A DNA stretch of 64,000 bases from Raja brachyura. Its lineage: Eukaryota. The position numbers and the translations under genes were made by a program. Under the pieces are notes generated by a model. That model had not been told where the DNA came from. It searched no databases and worked only from the letters and a program-made list of their open reading frames with translations. Shown here piece after piece: positions 1 to 11,900 of this stretch. Each line of letters begins with the position of its first letter. The stretch's first letter is position 1. The stretch is taken from assembly GCA_963514005.1 (NCBI GenBank), contig OY740814.1, forward strand, positions 7,750,001 through 7,814,000, given 5' to 3'.

Positions 1-549
1 TAACAAATTTGTGTCCAGGCCTCTACTGTTGAACTTGTTATTAACTATGGCCAACAAGAAATTATTTTAGTCACAGTATCACAGCAGATTTAGCTTTGCC
101 TGTGTCAAAGCCATGCTGATGACAACAAAATTCATCACATGTTCACAATGAAAGACTTCTCAGCATCATCAATATAAAGATCCATTCCATTTCACAGAAG
201 TTTAAAAGGACAGGATACTAATAGTTGATCAGAGGTCAGAAAACTGAAATCCTTTTTGTAAAAGACAATTGCATTGAGACCCCATGATGTCATTAAACAT
301 CAATGCATTCGGAGATCAACGTAGTCAAATCAATTACAGAAGAAATACAGATAAAGTCCTTATCACTGGGGATTACGCAAGGAACAGTTTTATTTCACAA
401 GAGGCATCTTGATTCAGAGTCTCGATCTTCAGGGTTAGTGGTGATCATTTGTGTGAAAGACACAACTCGGAAGAACAGATATCAAATGTAAGAGTTTCAT
501 CGTGTTCCTTTTGCAATAACTGACCTTAGCCCTTTTCTACTGAACATAC

Positions 550-647
550 CTGAATAGACCCCAGAGTACGGCCTTTTTCTTTATAGCAAGATAAAATAAT
601 GCAGCATCCAATGCTTCGTTGTTCCTTTGAAAAGCAGCTTTTGCAAC
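550..647 (-). CDS. DMXL2: DMXL2 exon 21 (98 nt)
   Basis: VAKAAFQRNNEALDAALFYLAIKKKAVLWGLFR; acceptor ttttcacag, donor gtatgt. Confidence 0.95.
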
Positions 648-3600
648 CTGTGAAAAAGAGATAAGCGGTATTCCCATTTCTGTACCAGTAGTACTGAAGG
701 GACTGATTGGAGTAGAAAACTGTTTGCTCTGGAATTTTGCAGGTAGGAATATAGTGACAGTGCTCATGACAAGCATCAGTGAATCCTAACCACAATAATC
801 CAACCACTTCTCCAATGCAGACTTCTCTTACACAAACATAAGTTGCTGCTTGACATCAGCTCTAGGGCAATACCAGCCTTCAGTGATACACAGTGTTAAA
901 GTCTGAAGAAGGGTTTCGGCCCGAAACGTTGCCTCTCTCCTTCGCTCCATAGATGCTGCTGCACCTGCTGAGTTTCTCCAGCATTTTGTGTACCTTCAGT
1001 GATACACAGGCTGGGCTGTTGGTTATATTCATGAACTCTCACCCACCAAACAAGGAATTGAATATACTTAAAAAGCTCGTGTAAAATTAAGATCATAACA
1101 TTTGCATAAGATCAATGTAAAAGCAAAACTCAACAATAAAATAAAACCTGAAGGAGGAAACTGCACATGCTGGTTTACACTGAAGATAGACACAAATTGC
1201 TGGAGCAACTCAGCAGGACAGGCAGCATCTCAGGGTATAAGGAATGGGTGACCTGTCGGGTCGATAACCTTCTTTAGACTTCTTCATAATTTTACAATTG
1301 ATATGGAAATGTGAAATATTTATCCAAGCAATTCAAAATTTACATTTAAAATTACTTTTTTAGGCCAAGGGATAAAAGTACGGTTTAATATGCCATTAAA
1401 ACTAATTTAACACACAAAAGGACACAAAGTGCTCTAGTGAACATGAATATGTGACGTTCTTCAGAATGAAGGTTGCTATCAAGGTCCTTACCCACAAGCA
1501 TTTAACCGAGTTGTGTGGATCTCTTTGAGTCGCTTGATCTGGGAGTGGTGCATAGGTCACAGACAGCAAATCATTAAAACCATGTCCTCGGCTGGTTTGG
1601 ACAAAAAGGCTTAAGGGAGTTGAGCCTCAGATAGGAAAATGGACGTATAATAAATGGATGCAGACTTCTCTCAGAAATAACATTATTTTTCAATATTCTC
1701 TTCATAAAGCAGCAAATCACATTGGGCTATCATCCATAAACTTTGCCAGCATATGACACCTTAGCAGAGTGATCATTTTGGTCTAGATGTCTAGACAGCA
1801 GGGTTCCAGAAGTTTTTTCCCATGCAATCAAACTCAGCTTAGTCTTTACGTAAAAGATAATACATTCTGAATGTTTGCCCTCCTACATTTATTGTGGTTC
1901 TACTGACACCAACCAAAATAATGCAAGCGAATATTCAGACTACATTAAATATGGTGTCATTCTTGTCTGTGCAATTCTATACTTGATTCTGCTGCATACA
2001 CAATTAGGATTTGAGGACTATCACTATCAGTTATCTTAAATTGCTGTTAATTAATAACACAATGCAACTTTTTGTTTTTGTTTAATTGCCATTTGATACT
2101 TGACATTTTCCAAGGAAAAATGAATGTAGCTTAGCAATAATTCAATTAAAACAAAGATGTTAGCTAGTTATTAACTTCAAAAGACTGATAGACTGAGAAA
2201 TAATGGAAAGCATTATAGCTCATGTTGTGAACAGATAATATTCACGTAATATTTCACTTTAAACTGAGAAATACCAGCTTGCGTTGCGAATGCATAAAGC
2301 ACTTCTTAACTAAGCAAAACATTTGAGGCAGTCCATCCACTCTCACCTACAATCAGATGTGTGATTTGACATGGTTTCCCTCCAAAACATCACCCTCTCC
2401 ACCCACGATTTCTGGAAGCTCCATTTTACCCATGTGCTTTTATCTACTACTTTCGTTATACTTGCTTGTGAATACTTAAAACTGCCGTACCTTCTCAATG
2501 CACTTGCGGAGTGTATTAATATTTCGAATCCACCAGCCGACTCCCATGGCTTTCAGATCAGACCACTGAGGATCCCCTTTTTGCATGGCAGGAATCATAC
2601 TGAGCAACTCTTCCTCAGCTTCAGAATGAAAGGCCCAGGCAAAGTGACATGTAGACAAGCCTACAAAATGCAGTAACAATTTTATGTATATATAAAAGAG
2701 TTAGTGATCCAAGTTGCTGTGTTAAATATATGCAAAAATATCAGTCCAGATGCAATGTGTAAAGCGAGCTGTTAAAAAACGATTAGAATGATGTCTAATG
2801 ATGCAATAAGAAAAATCGTGACATAACATGAACACTAATTACACTTTCAACAGATAGTAAAGCTACTTATGAATATTCATAGTTATAATCAAAGTCAATA
2901 CACTGCTCAATTACTTATTACAATTCAAATAAGACCTCAGTCTTTGCACAATGTTTTATCCACATCATATCAATTTGCTTTCAGTCCTGCCCACAGGATG
3001 AAGATACAGGATTACATTAATCAATACAACAAGATGAAGGGACAGGATTACGCTAATCAATACCCGTGACTGCAGTTTTGGTGCAGGGCACCACTCGTGC
3101 TCTCGGTTTGCCTATGTTGCTCAGCATGGTCAACCATTTCATTCACCCATATTGCCCACTCCATGCCACCTTACTCCACATAATGTTTCCAAAGAGGGCT
3201 TCTCCTCCAGCCCGCACCAGCTCCATTATGCTTGGTGTGCCCCCAACTTTTATCGTCAGCTTTTCCCTTCACCATTTATACACCAACATATATGTTATCC
3301 AGATACAGTGACAGTTTCTACATTTTACACATTCTACAATTCAACTCTGCAACTATTATCATCTAGCTTGTCTTGGTTTGACCAGAACCTCCTCAAACAC
3401 ACAATGAAAAGCAAGTTTATTCTCCTTTTGCCTCAACTATTCCTGCCCATAGTTAATTATCGGTAGACAAAAGTGCTGGAGAAACACAGCGGGTGCAGCA
3501 GCATCTATGAAGTGAAGGAAATAGGCAAAGTTTCGGGCCGAAACCCTTCTTCAGACTCCCTACCGAAGTGCCCTACCAAACTCAGTTCCACATACCTAGA

Positions 3601-5950
3601 CTCCATCCTATCCCCCTTGGTTAAATCCCTCCCTAATATAAAAACTACGACCACATTGTTAATTATTCTTCAATCATTATTTTGTGGTTGTTGAAGCACC
3701 CATGAACACATTGAATTCGAACTACTGTCATTTAGAATTAAAATTCCACTTACTAATTGCTCAAATAGCTTTTGGAGAAGAAATGGCATATTATAAAGTC
3801 ACAATACTTCATTTGGGATATATTGTGCTCAGCATACAGATTTTTTTTTAAAGCATTGAATAGAGGTTAATAGATTAATTCTAAACTGAATTCTGCCAAC
3901 TCAAAATAAACGATGGAACAAGCCTCTAGGCAAGGAAAATGAACGACCCTGATTGCAGTGCACATTTGGACAGACAAGAATACATTGAACCTTTGCCAAT
4001 GATGTCCTTGTTCTTTTGTAACACAAAGGAATCAGTTTGGTAGGATAATGGATTTTTATTTTTGCGGGGTAACAAAGCAATCAGCAACATTTAACCTTGA
4101 GGAAATGAAGAAGGTTGTACAAAAGAATACGAATGAACCTTTGTTATTAACAGGCACGGAAATAGCTATCAAAACATGGGGGGGGGGGGGACACAATTTC
4201 TTGGCGGCCGCGCGAGCTTGCGCACATGTACGCACGCGAGGCTTCGGGGGCTTCGGCCATTCGCCCTGTGGACGGTAATTACGGGAACGACGGCCCAGGC
4301 TTATGGCCAGCGCGGAGAAGCAGCGCTAAATCCTGCTCAACTCTGCCAGTCTCACCAGGTTAACCTACAGCCCTGCCTGGACTGATGGGACACCAGTCAG
4401 GAGCCGTGGAGCTAGCATTGCTTTTGCACACTGGCTGTAAACCTGGGCTGTCATTCCCGTAAGTCCAGGCAGGGCTGTAGGTTAACCTGGCGGGACAGGC
4501 AGAGTTGAGCTGGATTTAGCGCTGCTTCTCTGCGCTGGCTGTGGGCTTGTGGGCACTGCTCCCATCTGACTCCCAATGTCTCTGGCCAACCCCGGGCGTG
4601 TGGGGGAGCACACGGATGGGGACGGGGATGGTTCAGTGGCGGTTCGGCACAATTGCAGTGTCGGAGACCCGAGATTGATCGTGGCTGCAGATGAGGCACA
4701 GGTCTGTGTCCAGGGTGTGGAGTGTGGAGCCGAGAGTGTTTTTCGCTTGTGACCCTATGACCTGGGCATGCAATTCAAGCTCCACTATGATCTTTGCTCC
4801 ACCACGACGTCTCTCTCCTCCAATCACCGCGCTCTATCCTCAGTTCCACATCCCCTACTTCCGCCTCTGACCGACACCTCCCTCCTCCAATCATCGCTCT
4901 GAATTATCATGGTCTCTCCCTCCCCCCCCCACCCCACATTGCCTGCTGTCCGACGTCTCTCTCCTCCAATCAGCGCCCTTGATCATCAGACCCACTCCCA
5001 AGGTCTTGCGGAAAGTGGGGATTTCACCGGGTTTTAAAATCCAGATTACAAAAAATGGGGGGGATCGTCTCTAACCTCTCAAAACTTGGGGGGGGGGAGT
5101 GAAACATGTCCGCCCCTGGTTATTAAACTAGTGGTGATGTTCTCCATTATTAACATTTAAGAACAAATTAATGGTTTATAGTTTAAACATAACACAAGCC
5201 CAAGCCAAATGTTACCAAAACCAGATTGGGCATAATTTAGATATTTGAAAAAAAACAGGTCTTGCTGCTATCAATTATTTTTTAAGTTAATTGTAAAGAA
5301 CAGCCAGAACCTAAAAGTATTTTATTTCAGACAAAACACTTTCCAGCATTATCATTATTTTTCACATTGTAGCTCCCAAATTATAGCAGCAATTTTCTTG
5401 TGCCAGACAACAAAATGACCCAGGGCTAGAGGCACAAGTATCAGGAATGGCATAACATCCCACGAAAGCAGAGGTTCACTGTTTTAGTCCTCTTCTTTGT
5501 TTGGCCAGCTTCAGAACATGCTGAAATGTATGGTAAGCAAGACGAGGGAATACAAGGGCGGGGGCAACAGATGAAGGCCGGTCTTAGGGGGTTTGAGGCT
5601 AGGAGAAGGATGCAGGCAGAGAAAGTGTGGGACCTCAGGAATATGGAGTAAGATAACAGAAGGAATAGATATTCATGTGGAAGCACACACAAGTATCAAG
5701 TTGGTTGATATAATGAAGTTGGGGAGACCGGAAAGGCAGCGGACACAAAATCTTGCAGTGCAACATGGGTAGTAATGACCTCAATGACAAAGGAGGCAAT
5801 GGGAACATCAGCACACAGACAATCAGTTGCCTCAGTGGAATTGAAACTTCACTATCATGTGCTCCAGGTTAGAATGTATTGTTTATGGCTGCCTCCACCT
5901 CTCCACGAGGAAATTTAAAAAATAATTATGTTATTAGTGTGTATGTGTGA

Positions 5951-5982
<32 letters not shown>

Positions 5983-8900
5983 TCTATGGAGAGAAGGAAT
6001 GGGTGCCCTTCTTCAGAGGTTTCTGGCCTCTGGAAATTGCCCTTAGTGTGCAGGGAGCAGATGTGAAAATGGGATAACGCAGAACTAGCGTGAACGAGTG
6101 ATCAATGATCGTTGTGGCCTATTTCCATCATGTTTCTCTAAACTAATCAAATTGTTCTCGGACCCCTTACGTGCCCCATACCGGCTCCAGTGTCTATACC
6201 TGGAATGAATGGGACTCCTGCTCAAAGGAAGATAATGACAATTTCCGTGGTCTGGCACCAGTCAGATCCCAAGGATGCCGGAGAAGGGAGTTTCAAGTCG
6301 TAGTTAATTCCGAGACATACAAATAAAAATGACAAAAAAACGATTATCATTTGAGCTCCTACCTTGATGTAAAAGCTGGAGTCTGTAGACTGGAGGCAGC
6401 GATGTCAGCAGGCAAATATGCAAACGCATGGCAAGCAAATAACGTAAACCACATTCATCCAAAGTTTCACCTCCAATAAAAACAGACAGATTTTAACTCA
6501 GCTGGCGATAACCAGGGATACTAATGGAGATGCTCACATATACTGCATGCATTGCGTATTACAACTTTCCCAAATGAATTGCATCAGAAAATTAATGGAT
6601 TTTAAAATCATGCTAGATTGCCTTAAGTGTTTTATTACAGCTTACATACTGATTTTTTGAGACAAGTAGGATTACTAAATTCTATTCACTTTAAGATTTG
6701 TACTGTTTAGAAATAACTGCATTACTTGCTTGCAGTTACAATTATGAAAAACACTTTAGTCAATGTTGAAGAATAAAACAATTTGGAAGAGCATGAAGAT
6801 GGAGAGAAATATAATTCAAATATTGAGAATTTACACCAGTGGTTTCTTTCTGACAACACGGCATACTGCGCACTGGCACCTCTTACAAGTTGAAAACTAG
6901 ATTTTCATATTTTTAGAATTTTTAATAATTACTGGTTTAACAAATAAAATCAATAAAATTAGGTGGCCACGGCAGTAAAAAGCAGGTAGCTTATAGGACG
7001 ACGATCTGCTCTAGACAACAGCACTGAACGAGATGAGTTTCAGCAACTGTCTGTCTACAAAAAAGTACTAGACACTGCACAATTTAGATCAATTATAAAT
7101 TAAAACAAGGCTTATTAACATCCTTGAGGTTCATATAAATGTGCGTTAGTTTATATAGAGAATTGCAGAAAAGCAATTAGATGGACGATTCATATGAAAT
7201 ATACTAGAAAATATTAACTACTTGGCCCATCAGGGTTTCTCATTTAAAATATATATTGTCTCCCTGACATGGCTATTTTCAGTCATTCAATGAAGTTCAC
7301 AGACAATGATAGACTAATTTTAGGAGGGGATTCTTACATTGATAAACTTATCCAGATATTAATGAGTTCAGCAATGAATCTGAGATCCAGAGTCAAAACT
7401 CCCTGCTATTTATATACTCCCAGGAATAACTCCCCACTCTAAATACTCCCAACATCAATTCTATTTCTCAGCCCATAGATGCTGTCCAGCCTGCTTGTGT
7501 TTTAGACTTTTAACATCTCCAGTTTTATCTTTAAATGTTCAGAAGCGACAAGTCTAATGTCTCATCCAAAAGATGGCCTCTCCAATATTGGAACACTAAC
7601 TACACCATAGTGCTAAGCCTAGAATTCAACTGTAAGCTCTGGCTGGGATTTGAACCCAGAATCTTCTGCTGGAGTTGATAACTAGATCCCAATCTGAACA
7701 TTTGGCTCAATACTAAGTTTGTAGAATTTCTATAGAAAATATAACCAGCTGGGGTATAAAACAGGCAACAAACCTGATCCAATTAGCTCAACAGTGAATA
7801 AAGTAGGTAAAATATATCCTTGCTTTATTTATAAATCAAAAATAGTAATATTAATTGCAATGTTTGACTGGAAATATTTTGTGAACTAATTATCTGACAC
7901 CACCACATTTTGCATGTTGCTCTGTTTCAGCAAATAAGTATGCCGTTTTCAAAATCTTATTGGTAAAACCCACTACTATTGTACAAATGTATAAGTTTAT
8001 GCTATCATTATAATAGAATTGATATAGACTTAGAAAATAACCCAAATGGTTATATACGTACCAGAATAATTCTTGTCTCTATTTTCATTGACTTCTGTGC
8101 TTGTAGTCGCCACCGTGTCAGCTAAAGCTACAAGGAACATTTGTTCTAATCGTGTAAGTCCTGGCAAACTCGAGTGCATCAAATGACTAGAAAGGACACG
8201 AGCGTGTTCAGGCCCAAAGTATGTCGGTCCATACTGGGATAAATTAATGACTTTGGATTTAGATTCCTTCTTTTCAATTACAAAGTCAACAAAGTCATCA
8301 GTGGTTAAGCTTGGAGACTGAAACAAATCAGCATACTGATCCTCCATTTTTTTACTCTGCGGCTGTGAGCGTTTGTCTACTTTAGCAGTTTCTTCCGCAG
8401 TTTTATAAGAGGTGTCCTGATCAGCTGACAGCAAAGCATAAAGAGGTAGTGGTGGAATTGAATCTATTTCGGTATAATCACGAGTACCCTCTCTTCCCGC
8501 TATAATTGTATCCTTGCCCGTACTTCCACTGACGCTGATGGTTCGAGAAAGGTGGCGTCGTGGTCCTCCTCCTACTCCTGGGTCTTTGTCCCTGAAGATG
8601 GCAACTTCTCCAGCAATACATTTAACCAAATGTGAAAGGATTGCCTTCGCTCTGCGCACTTTGCCCAAATCCATAAGTTCCAGTAGCTGAGTGGGATGAT
8701 ATTGAGGGAGAGTGGGGGAAAGAATATGAGCAGCTTCAAACAAACCACCATCTTGAAGCATTCCTGGGATCCCAAACACATCATCTACAATAGCTGCTCC
8801 ATCAACAACACTGTGCCGTTTTGGAAACATTTTTGTTTCAAATGTGTCACCATCGGTTAACTCATCATAAGATGAGAAACTTCCATTTTCGGTATGGTTT

Positions 8901-11900
8901 AATGGTTTTGTAGAGTGCTTCCATTGTGCATACACATGCATTTCACAGTCCATCCCGATAACTAGAATGCCATCTCTCACCCACGATAAAGAAACTGGAA
9001 GTGATGGAGTTCCATCTACAGAAGATATCAGATCCACACATCTCAGCAATACCCATTTTGACTTGGTGCCTTGTTTAATACTTCCCCCTAGTGGCAAAGT
9101 AATTACAGCCAACCTATCTTTACTCGTGGCTTGCTCTGTTACAATCCCTGACAATCTTCCATACATTAGAATCTTGGAACCCACTCCTACGGTGAGTATG
9201 TGAGAACCATCTTCTTTCGACACCCAGTCCAAATGCACTAAATGTTTTATGTTGGACATCATGTTTTTGCCTCGAAGATAAAGCTCTGATTTATTATACA
9301 CAAATAAATTGCTGTCTATGCTGACTCGCGAATCCAGGACACTGCCAACTTTTCCCAAATCATCCAAATGAATTGTTTGTTCCAACACCCACTCTGATCC
9401 TCCAGTAGATTCACACTCAAAAATGGAGAGGTGCATTGAAAACTCTTTTGATGTAATGCCATTAGGTTGTAAAGACTCCTTGTAAGCTACAGCTAAGCGG
9501 CCCGTGTATGAACAGCTCACAGCCACTGGACGCCCAGTGACACTCACTGCACTGTCATTGTGTTCTCCTTCTTCATTCATCAGCGGCCAAGTTTCCCACC
9601 AATAGGCACGTATGTCTTCAGAATTTTCAGAGTTTGCGTTTCTATCCACAGTACATCGCCAGAATCTCACATTACCGTCAGAGCATGACGTCACTATTAG
9701 ATAAGGTGCAAGGCAGACTGGATAAATTGAGGAGGAACTCAAGTGACCTAAAAGAAAGAAAAACTATTATAACAGTGAGACATTCTCAGTCAAAGCTGTA
9801 GCACAGAACACATGAAAATGGCACTGGGAAAATGGCGATAATTTGCACCAATGGAACGTTAAAGGTGGTATCCGCTTGGGGGAAGATGGACAAGTCAGTC
9901 CTCTCAAGCACTTTAATCACCAAAGCAGGTTCTAACCCTGAAGAATTATTAAGTGTTCTCTTCATATTATGCAACAAATATTTGTATGGCGACATCAGTA
10001 TTTGGGGCTGATTATTCAAGCAGTATACTAATCTCTTTTGGTTCCCCCAACATTCTTCACTTTCATCACCACCCCTGTCACTCTCTAGTCCTGCCCTGCA
10101 ATGGTACACCTTACAGAAATGCCCTAGTGCATTCGTGCGTAATGCCTTGTGACTCGTTTACGATTGAATTTTACAATGGCATGTCATCAAACCGTGTGTA
10201 TGTGTGCCCTCCCATGCACCACCCTATTAATATTACCAAACAAGCACTACTTGTCATGTTCATTGCTTACATCTACAGCACTGCTAACCTCAACCTTTCA
10301 CTGTAGCCCGCAAACAAAAGCTTTTTACGGTATCTTGGTACGCGTGACAATAATAAACCAATACCGATGCCAATTACTCAGACCATTCCGCAAACACTTC
10401 AATTTACCCAAACCAGCACCAAGCTTCAAAGCTGCCTCTACAGGTTGCTAATGGTTGTTACAAGGATTGTAGCCTGTGTACCATTTTACCATCAGAACAT
10501 GTAGATGTGCACAAAATCGAGGGAAAAAAGACTACATTAAATAGAGGAAAAAGTTACCTGCAGAAGGCGTTGCTCGGATTACTTCCACTCCATCAGGCAG
10601 ATTTAACTGTTGACTATAAACTAATTTGGAGTTAAGTATCAGTTTGCTAGCGGTCTGAAGATTTGCGACTGATGCAGAGCGTGGTAGCGAATTTGGAGAC
10701 AAGCCAAAACTCTTGTCTTCTGATAAAGTCAGCAGTTTCTCTGATGTGCTCACTTCTGTCATCAGTATTATGGAGAAGGAAAGAGAAATGCAAGAATTAA
10801 TAAATGCAACTGTGAAATATTTTTACTAATCATCAGATATGCTTCCTCAACCATCTAGCATCACTATTGTAAACTATCCCTGCTCCTGGTGCAGACACAA
10901 ACAATTTGCACCCTGCCAATGCACCTATCCAAATGCTACTCCAGAGAACTCCCCTGAAGTCAAAGACTCCCCTCAAGTACCACTGGACTCCTTGCTGCTC
11001 AGTTGAGTTTGGTTAAACAACACCCCCATTCCAATTAATGGGCAAAATCGGTTTCTGGGGAAAATCCAACCCCAGGGAATGGGAAAAACAGCAGTTTGAG
11101 CTAAACAAATAATGTTTTTCATTGATTTTTAGTGTATGAATGTGCTCTCCAAATTCTTTAAATGTATCTTTGTATTTTTTTTAATTAATTTCTGCAACAA
11201 ATAGCATGGTTCACTGCTGCAAAGTAGGTCTTATATTGTTAAATCTCTAATTTCAGCAAATTACTGCACTGCAGTGGCATTCCAAGGTTACTGGGGTCAC
11301 GCTTTCTGTCAACCGATTACTTGTTTATGCAGCAAACCGTATGAACTGAACCAACTCAATCCCATCCCTGGGCCTGCACCCACGAACACCAGTGCAACAC
11401 AGTACTTGCATTGAAAACAGAAATGACCTAGATTCAAAAATAATAATAATGGAACCGCCGATGCTGGTTTACAAATAAAAAACTGATCAGTCTGAAGGAG
11501 GGTCCTAACCAGAAATGTCACCTATCCGTGCTCTCCAGTGATACTGTCTGCCCAGCTGAGTTACGCTAGTACTTTGTGACAAGGCATTTAAAGTATAAAA
11601 TAATTGCCTATCTAGTTTAACTATTTCACCCAGCGCACAGAGGTTAGTAAAGCCATTGACCTGCAAACAATCACAATTAATAAAAAGCCAATATTACTTT
11701 TCCACAGATATACACAACATGCTGGAGTAAATCAGCGGGACAGGCAGCATCTCTGGAGAGAAGGAAAGGGTGACGTTCGGGTCGAGACCTTTCTTCAGAC
11801 GTCTCGACCCGAAACATCACCCATTCCTTCTCACCAGAGATGCTGCCTGTCCCGCTGATTTACTCCAACATGTTGTGTATATCTGTGGAAAAGTAATATT

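Noticed and set aside
6471-8061. U12-type intron as the explanation for the odd exon 19 acceptor
   Set aside because: The donor is GTACGT rather than GTATCCTT, and there is no TCCTTAAC branch site
8030-9742. 570-aa ORF as a stand-alone gene
   Set aside because: It is the large internal exon of DMXL2, bounded by splice sites at 9747 and 8062; the start is not ATG and the tail is intron read-through
10720-10765. C/D-box snoRNA suggested by TGATGA...CTGA on the minus strand
   Set aside because: It overlaps coding exon 17, the spacing is too short and there is no terminal stem
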